Source: the human T2T-CHM13v2.0 reference genome, Homo sapiens
DNA length: 64,000 nucleotides
Assembly (NCBI RefSeq): GCF_009914755.1
Contig: NC_060947.1
Reading direction: 5' to 3' (one strand)
In this document: positions 15,298-28,794 of the stretch, in pieces
Position numbering within the stretch: position 1 is the stretch's first letter
Layout: each line of letters begins with the position of its first letter
Notes under the pieces: model-generated
What the model was told of the DNA's origin: nothing
Database searches by the model: none
Seen by the model: the letters and a program-made list of their open reading frames with translations, nothing else
Made by a program: the position numbers and the translations under genes

Positions 15298-15665
15298 CCA
15301 TAAACCTGTATATCTGGGAACAGATGGCACTTGATTAGAAGGTGGCTTGGCTTTCTTCATAGCCCAAGTACATTTTTATCATTTCAAGTGCACTATGTTG
15401 GTGTGGTAATGATGCTTTTAAAACAATGTATACACTTTGACTCTATCAATAATGCCATATTAAAATAAAGCCTAACACGTCTATGTATTTTGTTGAAATC
15501 AATAATGGAAATAGAGGCAAGCTGAATTGTTTGTCCTAACATTATAGTTAAACATATAATCATTAAAACAAGAATTTCTTGGTTCATTTATCCTTTTTTC
15601 CTTTTTTTTTTTATGGGGCAAGAGAGGAGGAAGTTAAGTATTTGTTAAGAAGTTAACAAAATTTC

Positions 15666-16587
<922 letters not shown>

Positions 16588-16701
16588 TAATTTTATCGGA
16601 CGCAGGGAGCAACGTGTGTGCATATTCATCCTGAAAAAGGACTCATATTCGTTGGGGCCACCAGCCCAGCGATTTACAGGAAGCCACGCAGAGCTGCCTA
16701 C

Positions 16702-17602
16702 CTGAAGAGCGCGTCGATCATCCTCTTGGACGGCAGCCTCCAGAGGATGCGCGGCCAGGGGTCCCCCGAGGCGCTGCAGTCCAGCTTGAGGGTTCCTCCG
16801 TACCTGACGTCCGTCCTCCGCGGGGAGGTGCCCGTGATGCGCGCGTTGGCTGCTGCACGCTGCACGTTCAGCTGCACCGTCCTGCGCGCGGAGCCTACCA
16901 GGTTGGCGGCCACGCACTCATAGCGCCCGCTGTCCTTGGGCGCGAGGTTGCGGATGTAGAGCGTCCCGTTGGGGAAAACAAACAAGTTCCCGTGGAGGAA
17001 CTGCGAGGGGCGGATCTGGGTACCGTCCCCGAGCACCCAGCGCACGCTGGGCAGGGGCGCAGCCTTGGCAGTGCAGTGAATGTGAATGCTGAGCCCCGGG
17101 GGCAGCGAGATGTTCTCCAGCTTCTCCTGGTGGATAACGGGGGGCAGTGCCGCCACGTGCAGGCGGATGGCCAGGCTGTCCGCCCCGGCTGCATTGCTGG
17201 CCACGCACTTATAGACGCCTCTGTCTGAGAAGGACGCCTCCTTGATGGAAAGGGTCCGGTTTTCGTGCAGGGTGATGCGGCTCTCCACGGGGGACACAGT
17301 TTGCCACACCCTCCTGTCAGGGAAGATCCAGGAAATTTGGGGGGCTGGGGTCCCTTTGGCCAGACACTCCATTGCAATGGTGTCTCCCAGGTAGACAGTG
17401 ACGTCCTGGTAGTGGGAGGCTAGGATTTGAGGTTGCTGCACGGTGACCGAAAGCAAGACCACCATCCTGTCCAGGCCGTGCAGGTTGCTGGCGGTGCACA
17501 TATACTGGCCTCGATCTTGTACTTGAACCTTCCGTATCACTAAGGTACCGTTCTTGAGAACCTCAAACCGTTGTATCCTGGTATTCGGAGTCATAAGAGC
17601 TC
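16702..17602 (-). CDS. MXRA5: MXRA5 exon 6 (Ig domains)
   Basis: Overlaps ORF 16698..17594 with D-x-G-x-Y-x-C Ig motifs. Acceptor CTCCAG|GAGCT, donor TTCAG|GTAGG. 901 nt. Confidence 0.97.
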
Positions 17603-17754
17603 CTGGAGAAAATTAACACAGTCAGCTTTGGCATAAACTGTGCCCTTTTGATAATGCTCAAACGAGCAGTATTAGTTAATCTAATTCTCCACTTTAACAC
17701 CCAGGCAGCAAAAGCAAATGTAGTAGGTAGAATGTTTTAGTGTTTTTAAAAGTT

Positions 17755-18046
17755 TTTTTTATATTTATTTTATTCGTTAGAGATAGGGTCTTGCTGTCTC
17801 CCAGGCGAGAGTGCAGTGGTACAATCATAGCTCACTGCAGTCTCAACCTCCTGGACTCAGCCTTCTAAGTAGCTGGGGCTACAGGTGCAGGCCACCACTC
17901 CTGGATAATTTAAATTTTTGTTTTTTGTAGAGACATGGTCTTGCTGTGTTGCCCAGGCTGGTCTTGAACTCCTGACCTCAAGTGATTCTCTTGTCTTGGC
18001 TACCCACAGTGCTAGGATTACAAGTGTGAGCCACCACACCCAGCCT
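17755..18046 (-). mobile_element. Alu (J-like)
   Basis: Diverged Alu with an internal deletion. Confidence 0.85.
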
Positions 18047-18064
18047 GTTTTGGTCCTAACCATG

Positions 18065-18835
18065 AAAGAAATGTAAAACTGAGATATCATCTCATGCCTG
18101 CTGGAATGGTTATTATCAAAAAGACCAAAAACACAGACACTGGTGAAGATGTGGAGAAAAGGGCACCCTCGTACACTGTTGGTGGGAATGTAATTTGGTA
18201 CAACCACTGTGGAAAACAGTATGGAGATTCCTCATAAAACTAACAATAGAGCTGCCTATGGTCTAGCAATCCCACTACTGGGTATTTATCCAAAGGAAAT
18301 GACGTCAGTATGTTGACAAGACATCTGCACTCCCATGTTTACCACAGTGCTATTCACAATAGCCAAGATATGGAATTCAGCTAAGTGTCCATCAATGAAT
18401 GAATGGATAAAGGGAATGTGGTATATATGCACAATGAAATGCCATTCTGTCTTTTCTTTTTCTTTAAAAAAAAACAAACAAAAAACGAAATTCTGTCATT
18501 TGCCACAACATAAATGAACCTGGAGGACATTAGATTAAGTGAAATAAACCAGGCACAGACAGACAAACACTGCATGATCTCACTTATATGTGCAGTGTAA
18601 GAAAGTTGAACTCATAGAAGCTGAAGCAGATAGTGGAATGGGGGTTACCAGGTCCTGGGGGTGGGAGTAATGGGAAGATATTAATTAAAGAGTATGAAGT
18701 TCAGTTAGGAGGAATATGCTTAAGTGATATTATACTCATGGCAACTATAGTTAATAACAATTTAGCTTATACTTGAAAATTGTCGAGAGTAGATTTTGTG
18801 TTGTCATCACACACATACAAAATAAGTATGCTGTA
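18065..18835 (+). mobile_element. L1 3' end (L1M-type)
   Basis: cacaatagccaagatatggaa...aagtgtccatcaatgaatgaatggataa followed by L1M-like 3'UTR. Confidence 0.85.
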
Positions 18836-19214
18836 AAAAAAGGATAGAGAAAAAGAATGTTTTGTTTCTCTTTTTCATCTTTACACTAATCCCAGAAACA
18901 GGGCCATCTTCAGGCAAAGGACAGCAAATGTGGGTTTAATAGAGAATTCTGGAAGCAGGCATGAGTCCCAGCCACTTCCAAGGTGAGCTAAGATGCCACA
19001 AGCTCAATTACTAGAGACACAGCCTCTCCCTTATTTATTTATGCTCATGCTGTTCTCCTGAACTCCTCGGGCTAGCTGGCTGCATGGGCATCCCAGGCTT
19101 GCAGTGGCCAGCCACCCCTGCCCAGAGAGGCCCTTGAGTCTATAAGAAAGGTAAATTAATCCTAAAGTAAGACTCCAGTAACTTTCTCCTACACAAACTC
19201 TGGTTGAAGTGTAG

Positions 19215-19450
19215 ATTGGGTACATATGGACATAAAGATAGGACAAATAGACACTTGGGACTAGTAGAGGAGAGAGGGAGAGGTGGCAAGGGTTGAAAAA
19301 TGTACCTATTGGATGCTACGCTGGCTACCTGGGTAATGGGATCATTTGTGCCCCAGACCTCAGCATCACACAATATACCCGTGTGACAAGCCTGCACATG
19401 TTCCCCCTGTGTCTAAAATAAAAGCTGAAGTTATAAAAATAAAAATAAAC
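19215..19450 (+). mobile_element. L1 3'UTR fragment (old primate L1PA/L1PB-like)
   Basis: cctcagcatcacacaatatacccgtgtgacaagcctgcacatg plus A-rich tail. Confidence 0.8.
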
Positions 19451-19605
19451 ACTTATTCGAGTAAAAAATTTCCCCAAATGTGTTATAAAAATTTCTCCTA
19501 ATGTGTTTATGTTGTTCACCATATACTGTTTTAATGTATTATATTGCTAGCCAATAAAATAAAAATTGACCAAAAAAAAAAAAAGTAGATGCTTAAACAT
19601 CTTAC

Positions 19606-22600
19606 CTGTGGAAACCTTTGTCCAAGTAACGAAAGGCTTTGGTTTTCCTGTTGCCTCACAGGGGAACACAGTGTCTGTCTCAGCGGTGACGGACACAGTC
19701 TGTGGGGACTTGGTGAGGATTTGGGGCTTTTCCCCAAGAGACCAGAATTTGGATGCAGGAGGTCCTCCTGCAAAGAACTTTGAGCTGCTCTGGTGGAAGC
19801 TTCCTGAGGACTGGACAGAAGATGTTATAAAGGAGATAGAACTCTGGGTGGAAGAGACCATAGGGATATTCTGTAAGTTAGTTGAGGGTGATCCCGTGGT
19901 CTGCGGAGTGTGCAACAACGGAGGTGCCGGAGGGCCAAAGTCCAGATGGAAGGTGCTATGGGAATGTATCCTGTTGTAGGAACCTGGAATAACTTTTCTC
20001 TCTCTCATTACTGGGGCAGGAGAAGTGGGTATCTGGGGTCTCCGGGTGACTCCCAACTGTGGAAAAGAAAGAGTCTTGTTGGTAAAGAAAGGGAGTCTTC
20101 CATTGGAATAATGAGGAATTCTTGGACTGGGAGGCTTTCCAACTGGGTTTCTTGCCTCAGGGATGTTGTTATTTCCAAACACTTTGGAGTAGCCATTGAA
20201 TTGGTCAGTTCTTCGGTCAGTAAACTTACTAGGAATGCTGGGTTTGGACATGTGCAATGGGAGAGGAATTGTTGTACTTGATAATCTTGAAGTTGTAAAC
20301 TGTTTGTTCTCTGGCAAAGCCCCAGAAGGATATGTAGTTATTTCCGGTTTGTTGGTCCAGTGACGAGGTGACTGGGAAGTTACAAAGTATCTGGAAGCGC
20401 TTTGTGTGGACATTTCAGGCAGCCTCACTGTTGCTGTTGGTAGGATGGGTTTGGCAGGGACTCTGGTTAGTTGATGAGAAGCATGAACTCTTCCATCCTG
20501 GCGTTGGCTATCTGGGCCACGTGGTAGACTCCTACTACCAAATACTTGCTTTTCCAATTCCAGCTTTGTAGACAAGTTAAATGCATCCTGGTCGGAAGAG
20601 GGTGTTGATAATTCATTTGGCCCTGACATATGCTGTGTTCCTTCATTGTTCACTGGGGTTGCTTCTGTTTCTGGATTCCCCACATAATTCAAGAAAACAT
20701 TTTCCTTGGAATCTCTAGATGCTTGAGATATTCTTGGACTGGGAAGTGCTGGCTTAGTGGTGGTGGTTTGTCCCAAAGACATGAGAATTGTGGATGGGGA
20801 CGAGGATGCTGGCTCCTTCATCCGGGCAGCAGTAGGGGTGTGATTCTGTGGTCTAGTTTCAGAAAGGAGAATAGCCACAGTGGTTTCAAGATGATCTTGA
20901 TCAAGGGTGGTGGTTTCTGCCTGACTTGAAGCCACCTCCACTTTTATGCTTGAGAGAGTTGTGGAAGAACCAGCTTCTTCCTGGTGAAATGGTGTGGAGA
21001 CTGTCAAAGAGGACAAAAACTCGGAAGTGAAATCCACATCCTCAAGCTCTTTAAGAAGGGGAGGGTCTGTAAGATTTTCCCCAGAAGTGGTAACAGGTAT
21101 GTCTGTCTGTAGCCTCCCAGGCTGGGCCGTCCTTGAGGGATTCCAGGTTGGAGTTCCTGGAAAGCCTACAGGAGAGGATTCTTCCTTAAATTCTCCCATA
21201 GTGGAGACCAAGGAGCGAGAAGTTGGTATGGCATTAGTAATTGATTCACCAGTGACTAAAATGTCACTTTTATGTTTGTCAACATTTGTGGCAACATCAT
21301 CCTTAATTTCTTTTCCATCTGATGTGGGTTTATATGTGACTGGAAGTGTCTCTTGGACTTTAGGGTAAGATGAATATATTTTTCTGGTGGTTGTCATGTA
21401 ATCTAAGGAATCATAAGGGCCCTCAGTTTTCAGAGAAACAGTTCTAGGCAAAAGTATAGTTTCTGAACTGGGAGTAACAATGTTTCTATGTTTATTTTCT
21501 GGAGAAGGGCTGGGCTTGGATCCGGACGCTCTTGAGCTCACTGTAGAAGGGGTATATCGATGTTTGTTTGGCCTCTTCCCGTGTTTTCTCCGTGGTGTTC
21601 CCTTGGATGTGGGTTCTGCATTCTTCTCCATTTCCAACTGTTTGGGGGTATTAACTGTGTTATCCACCCAAGCTGTAGGAACCAGAGAACTCTCCACTTG
21701 ACTTGAAATCTTAATGTCAGGTGCTTGAGTTGGTTGAGTAGAAAAAGTCTCTGATGGGGCAAAAGTTGTGGGTGGGGTTTGCTTGTGCCGGTGGCGGAAT
21801 TTGTTGGGGCGTAATCTCCTTCTCCCGTTGGGTCTCCTTCGAGAAGGGTGAGTGCTCATGGTGGATGACGGAGCAACTTTTTGCCTTGGTGTTGTTGTTA
21901 CTGTTGTGGTGTCTTTGTCTAGGAGGGTACCAACTGTGGTTTCCGCAGGCTTCTTAACTGGAGACATACTGCTCATTATACCCAGTGTGGAGTCAGGCAA
22001 AGTGATGGATTTGCTCTCTTGGCCCTCACTCTCAGAACTTCTGGAGTGTGTGGGGTCTCCCTCTAGCATATTTCCTCCCTGTAGTGTCTGAGACATCTCT
22101 TTCATACCCTTTTTAATCAGTAAGGTGTCTTGAGTGCTTAGACTACTTTTCACAAGGTGGATGTTGTCTGTCAGTCCTTGTAGATGTGATTGGCCTGGGA
22201 CACCTGGTTCCCCTATAGTAGAATCCTCAAATAACTGTGATGTACTGGAGTCATTAACCCAGATGGTGGGGGTTGGAGTAAGGTGTGCAAAGGTGTCTTC
22301 TTTCATCTTATCCTCATCTGGTTGTGACTTAGTCTCCAAATCTGGGTCAAAGTATTGCATGGGCTCAGACTCAGCCAAGGAGACAGCATCCAATGGAGGC
22401 TCATACTCACTGGATGTGGGCTCTGGTGACGATCCAACATCTGCTGCAGACCAACCCTCTGTTGCCGTCTCTTCATGGGTGGGCTTTTCATAGACTGTGT
22501 CTAATGTGTGCAGAGTAGGAGATGGTTCATAAGGCTCAGATATAAGTGTAGGGGCTGCTGTCCCCTTCAGGTCTCCTTCAGTGGAAGTTATCTCCTCAGT

Positions 22601-24573
22601 CTTCTCAGAAAGGTCATCAACAACTTCCTCCAGAGGTGTGCTTGTTACTTCAGGTTCAACAAGAATAACTCCATTGTGGTTGTGTTCTAGCCCCATGCTG
22701 GCTGAGGAAATGGTACCCAAAACGTGCTCTTCTTCACCAAGTAGAGGTACATCTGCTGAGGATTCTTCAGCACTGGTTACTGTCTGCACAGGAGATGCTG
22801 AGGGGGGAGAAACAGCAGGAAAAGGTGGTGTGACTTCTAGGCTCAAGGATGGAGGACTTGTGGTTTTAATCAACGGGGGTACTTCTGTGCCCTTAGGGAG
22901 ATTTTTCCCACGGACTTTGGCTAAAATATCAGCCCAGCGCTCCGGATTAATCTGTTTGTTTGCCATGTTTATCCTTCGTCTAGATTCAAACACTCTGCGA
23001 CCTTCTGCAACATTGGTCTCTGGTTCTTTTTCCGAATGCTTCCAGAGTTTCAGCTTTCTTCTCCCTTTCTTGGCTTTCTTGTCTCCATTGATGGCATCAT
23101 CCTTTGTTTTGAGGAACACCTCTTGGTCCTTTGGATGCAGAAGTCTCCTTGAAGTGTTCTCTTCATCTCCCATGCCCGAGCCCCCTTCATCCTCCACGAT
23201 GTCTTCTCTGACTCTGGAAAGAGCCTTTGCACCTGGGCGTCTGCCTCTTTTGGATGGCAAGCCAGACCCTTTCTTGGTCACTGTGATTCCCACCGTAAAA
23301 TGGTCTGCCCCTTGCTGGTTGACAGCCACACATCTGTAGTAACCACTATCACTGACTTGGACCTTTGGGATGGAAAGAGTTCCATTTGGCAACATGTATA
23401 CATGTGATGTGTTAGCCAAATCATTAATTATCCTTCTGTTTGGAAGAATCCAGCTAAGGTGGGCTTCGGGTATTGCTAAAGCATTGCAAGGCAATGTCAC
23501 CGACTCCCCTGGGTTCTTGCCAATTGTCACTGTGTCTTTCTCGGCTGGCTGAGTGGAGGGAGACTGCACAAGTACCCTATATACCATGCGGTCCATTTCA
23601 TCCCTCACTTGAGCAATGCACTGGTACAAGCCTGAGTCAGATGGCTCCATGGACTTGATCCTCAGCCAGCCACTGCTGAGAATGGAGAACTTGCTGTCTG
23701 GGTCATCCATGGGCGCTTTCAGGATGGAGCCATCTGGAAGCACCCAGAAGATAGATGGACTCTCAGAAGCTTTCACGTTGCAGCTCAACTGGCATGGACC
23801 CCCTTCCAGGACAGTCTGATCTCTTTGCACAGCTCCACTAGGCTCAATCATTACCCAGCTTCTGCCCCGAGCCTGCCTTGTATCTTTGGTGGATATTGTT
23901 TGAGAATACTGGGTGTAGTAGGAAAGTAGCACCTTCTTGGCCGTACTCTGACGTCGGTTCAGCTGGATATCTATGGATGGCTGCATGACCCATTCTGGTT
24001 CTGCAAGAATCTGGGCTCTCACACCTGTGTAGTAAAGAGCTTCCTCATCAGCATCCTGCCTGTACTGGTAGCTGACTCTGGGGTCTTTGCTGAGCATGAG
24101 CTCTCTGTGTAGCTTCACGGGAACTTCACTGTAGTATGCTATCAATTTCCATAGCTTTTCATAGTTTTCTCGGGTCATTGGACACTCAAAGTCCAAGGCA
24201 ACTGTTGCATTTATGTCAATATCTGGAGGATCCGTTTGGTTCAAGTGAATCTTGTACACATCCATTGGTTTCTTGATGTCACAGACCAAGTTCACCATGT
24301 TCCCGTGCTCGTCGGTCATATTCAAAGAGATGCTCCACTGGGGCAGTTGGAATTTCTCCAGGATGAGCTGGCTGCCACCATCCTCTTCCTGTTCTTGCTC
24401 CTCCTCAATACTCCTGCTCCTGTTCTGTCTCAGAGGGGACTCTATTGAAGGCTTCAGACAAGTCATGTCCTTCAGCTTGTGTATCTCATGTTTGTACAAC
24501 TTCTTTGGACTGAAGCACATTGCACACAACTGACCGCCTTCATAAGCTTTGTCCTTTTTACACTTCAGAATTC
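19606..24573 (-). CDS. MXRA5: MXRA5 exon 5 (giant 4968-nt exon: LRRCT end, Ig1-2, Ser/Thr/Pro-rich region, start of Ig3)
   Basis: Inside the 1715-aa ORF. Acceptor TTTTAG|GAATT, donor ACAG|GTAAG, phase 1-1. Confidence 0.97.
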
Positions 24574-25019
24574 CTAAAACAAATAAGCAAATAGACAATA
24601 GGGTAAGGAGCCAAAGAATGGCATGCCTTGCACATGGCCAGAGGATAAAGCCTATGTTTGCATCTTTATCACCCAGCTGTAATCCCATAAACAAGGAATC
24701 CTATACATGAGTTGCCTTTGAGGCTTCATGTTAAACCACAGTTTTAGCACACTGTGTGGTAACTAACGGGTGCTTTATAACTGCTTAACCATTAATAATA
24801 ATTTTTACTTAAAAATGTCTTAAAATACTTACTAACGGGTATTTAAAAAACATTTCTAAGTTAAAGAAAACAACTTCATTCACATACATTTTACAATGTA
24901 ACTTCTGTGAAAGTTTAGGAGAATCTATATAAATATACTGCAAACTGGGGAAGCATTTCTTGGTAAAAGGATGAATCTTTGCACGTATCACATCATATCT
25001 AATTTTTGTTGTTTTTCAT

Positions 25020-26662
25020 CTTGATATATATACCAATATATATTAAAAAATCTTGATAGATATCTATCAATATATACAAATATGTATCTATCTTAATAGA
25101 TATATAGATAGATAACATATAGATATATAATACATATATATTTATATAATATATATCTATCATGATATATAAACATATATTGATATATTAATAAATATAT
25201 ATTAATATGTAGATATATTGACATATAATCAATGTATATTTATATCTAAGTATATATAAATAATATGTAAATTAAATATGGATATAAATATATAAACCCC
25301 TTGAAAGTATTTTCAGGTAAAAGGAAGAATCTTTGGCATGTATCACATCATATTTACTTTTTTAAATCATGATATAACAATATATAAATTTATAGATGTA
25401 CATATATTTATAAATAAATATATAATAATATATTTATAAATAAATATATAATAATATATTTATAAATAAATATATAATAATATATTTATTCATAAATAAT
25501 TTATAATTATAATTTATAATATATAATTTATAATTATAATTTATAATTATAATTTATAATATATAATTTATAATTATAATTTATAATGTATAATTTTAAA
25601 TCATAAATTTATAATATATAATTTATAATTGTAATTTATAATATATAATTTATAATTATAAATTTATAATATATAATTTATATATTATATACTATATATA
25701 TTTATATGTATTTTATATATATAAATTTATATATAAATATATTTATATATATTTATACATAAATACATTTATATATATTTATATATATTTATACATAAAT
25801 ACATTTATATATATTTATATATATAAATTATATGTAATATATAATTTATAATTATAATTTATAATATATAATTTATAATTATAATTTATAATATATAATT
25901 TATAATTATAAATTATAAATTATAATATATAATTTATATATTATAAATTTATAATATATATATATAATTTATATATTATAATTTATAATATATAATTTAT
26001 AATTATAAGTTATATATTATAATTTTTAATTATAAGTTATAATATATAATTTATAATTATAAGTTATAATATATAACTTATAAGTTATAATATATAACTT
26101 ATAAGTTATAATATATAACTTATAAGTTATAATATATAACTTATAATTATAAGTTATAATATATAACTTATAAGTTATAATATATAACTTATAAGTTATA
26201 ATATATAACTTATAATTATAAGTTATAATATATAATTTATAATTATAAGTTATAATATATAATTTATATATTTATATATAAATATATATAGTCAATATGT
26301 ATGTATCTAGGTAACTATATCTATATTTATAACTCTCTATATATTTATACATTTATAATATATAATTTGTATATAATCAATATGTATCTATCTAGGAACT
26401 ATATATTTATAACTCTGTATATTTATAATTTGTAATATATAATTTATATATAATCAATATGTATCTAGGGACTATATATTTATAACTCTCTGCATATTTA
26501 TAAATTTATAATATATAATTTATATATAATCAATATGTACGTATCTAGGTAACTATATCTATATTTATAACTATATTTATAAATTTATAATATATAATGT
26601 ATATATAATCAATACGTATGTATCTAGGTAACTATATCTATATTTATAACTCTCTCTATATT
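25020..26662. repeat. ~1.6-kb AT-rich compound minisatellite (intron 4)
   Basis: Almost pure A/T. Sub-arrays of tataatttataat, a 21-bp tataacttataagttataata unit, and ~5 longer units containing atctaggtaactata-like motifs. Confidence 0.95.
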
Positions 26663-28794
26663 TGTAGTAAACACTTCACAGAGTGTTTGCTTTTGAGTTC
26701 ACGTTGTCCTCTTGGTCTCCTGGATATGAAATCCTCTGGAATTTTCTCCGTCCTTTCTGGCCACAACTGGGTCTCAGTCACTGCTTCCTCCTCCTCCTCT
26801 GCCTGAATCTTTGCTGACTGGGTCCTCCTTGACTTGAGCCTAAGCCCCTTTCCTTTCTGGTCGGCTTCAGCGTCAATGGCCTCTCGCATATGTGTGGTTC
26901 CAATTACCATCCACCCGCCAGTGATGACTACCATATGTGCTTCTCTAGTCCAAACACATTCCGTGAGTTCCACACCCCATTGCCTCTTTGACATGTCTAT
27001 TTAGATAGCAAGAAGAGTCCTCAAACTGACATCTATGAAACAAATTTATATTCTCTCCCTGACCTAAATGTAGAATCTCGTGCCTGTTCTATCTCAGTAA
27101 GTGATGCCATACTCTCTCTGCCTGGGGAAACTGGAAGACTAGGAGTTTTTCATGGCAGTCCTCTGCCTACTTCTGCCCATTCCCATTGGGAAGAAGCCAG
27201 TCATACTGCTTCATCTGTGACTTGGAGAATTATAAAGCTCCTAACTGGCTTTGCCATCTTTCCTTTTGCCTCCTGACCATGGTTTTCTGTGTGACTTTCA
27301 AAGCAAACACCTCAACATGCGAATAGGATTGTTTTGCACATCTCCCCCCAACACACATACACATACTCACACTCACACTCATACCCACACACATACATGC
27401 TGTGAGACAAGGCAGCAAGCACAAGCAGGAGCATTTCACAAAATCCCTTGGCCAGCTGAATTTCATGGCTCAGCGAATGAGCGCAGCCTCTACATGAATG
27501 CCCTGAAGATGATGAGCAGGATGGAGCACAGGTCCACATGTCTCTTGCCTGAATCACTGCACTTTTAGAAAAGATGAGTTCAATGCTCCTAGCCCCTGCC
27601 TCTTTCTACACATAAGATAATGTCTGGCAGGATTAAGGACTATGCCTCTGTAATCTATAACCAGATGTCCCCTGGCACCCAAACTTTGATGAGAATCAGC
27701 TCTAATATAACTTCTGAGCACAACTGATGTGAATTCTGACCACATTTGGTGTGACTTCTGAGCACCTGCAGAAGCTCCACCATCTGTGTATAAGCTGTGG
27801 GCTGAAACCTTGCTATGCAGCAGTCTAACAGAAACTCTCTGAAAGATCCTGGGATTGCAATCTTCAGAAATGCTCACTATATAAAACTAACCTTAATACT
27901 TTACAATCTTGAGTTTCTTTCACATACATGCAAATCTACACATACACAGATGTACACACATGTGCACAAATACATGCATAGACATGCACACACAAAGACA
28001 TGCATGCGTATCTCCAGACAGTAGCAGAGATGGTTCTTTGCCCAGCAAAGTTTTGTGGGTCCACATCCATAATATAGTGTTGCTGCTACAAAATAGCCAT
28101 CCAAATGCATTTTCAGGCCCCCTTACATCCACTGGGGTGTGAGGACTGGTTCCCACCAATGAAATATGAGTGGAGGAGGCGTGTGTCTTTTCTGGTTAAG
28201 ACCATTCACAAGTGGGTGTACCTCTGTCTTTCCCACATCCATTGCTTGATGGCCTCTTGGAATGAAGCTCTAAAAGCTAAGAAAAAGCAAGCCTCTTGAA
28301 TGTCTAGCAGTAAAGACTCCCAAGTAGGCAACTGAGCAAATCCAATGATGTTGAGTTGGAAATAAGTTTAGAAGCTGCAAGGAACAGACGGGAAGACTGT
28401 GTGGCTAGAAATAAACGAATAAGAAGAGCAATGGGACCACCATGCTAGAGGATAGTGGGGACAGGTGGAGCGACCATTGTGTGGAGACTTCTTGGAGGGA
28501 ATGTGCAAATGTGTATCTTATCCTAAAAGCAATGGAAATCAGTTACGCAGAGGTGTGGCCTGAATGGGTGCACATCCTGTAAAAATGTTCTCACTGCTTT
28601 GTAGAGAGTGAATGGAAAACAGGGCTGACAAGGACATGGGGACACTTGTTTAGAATGCTCCCCCTTTCTACCAGAGAGAGGAAAGGAGCTTGATCCAGGC
28701 CAGCAGCTGTGAGGATGGAGTTGAGGAAATAGATCCAGGATATGGTAAACACAATGCAATCTAAGGATGGGGATAGGTTGCAAGGTAGGGCTTA

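Noticed and set aside
24574-24694. ORF-track N-terminal extensions of the exon 5, exon 4 and exon 2 ORFs (e.g. hydrophobic ILWLLTLLSICLFVL)
   Set aside because: Intronic read-through of pyrimidine-rich acceptor regions upstream of clear AG sites.
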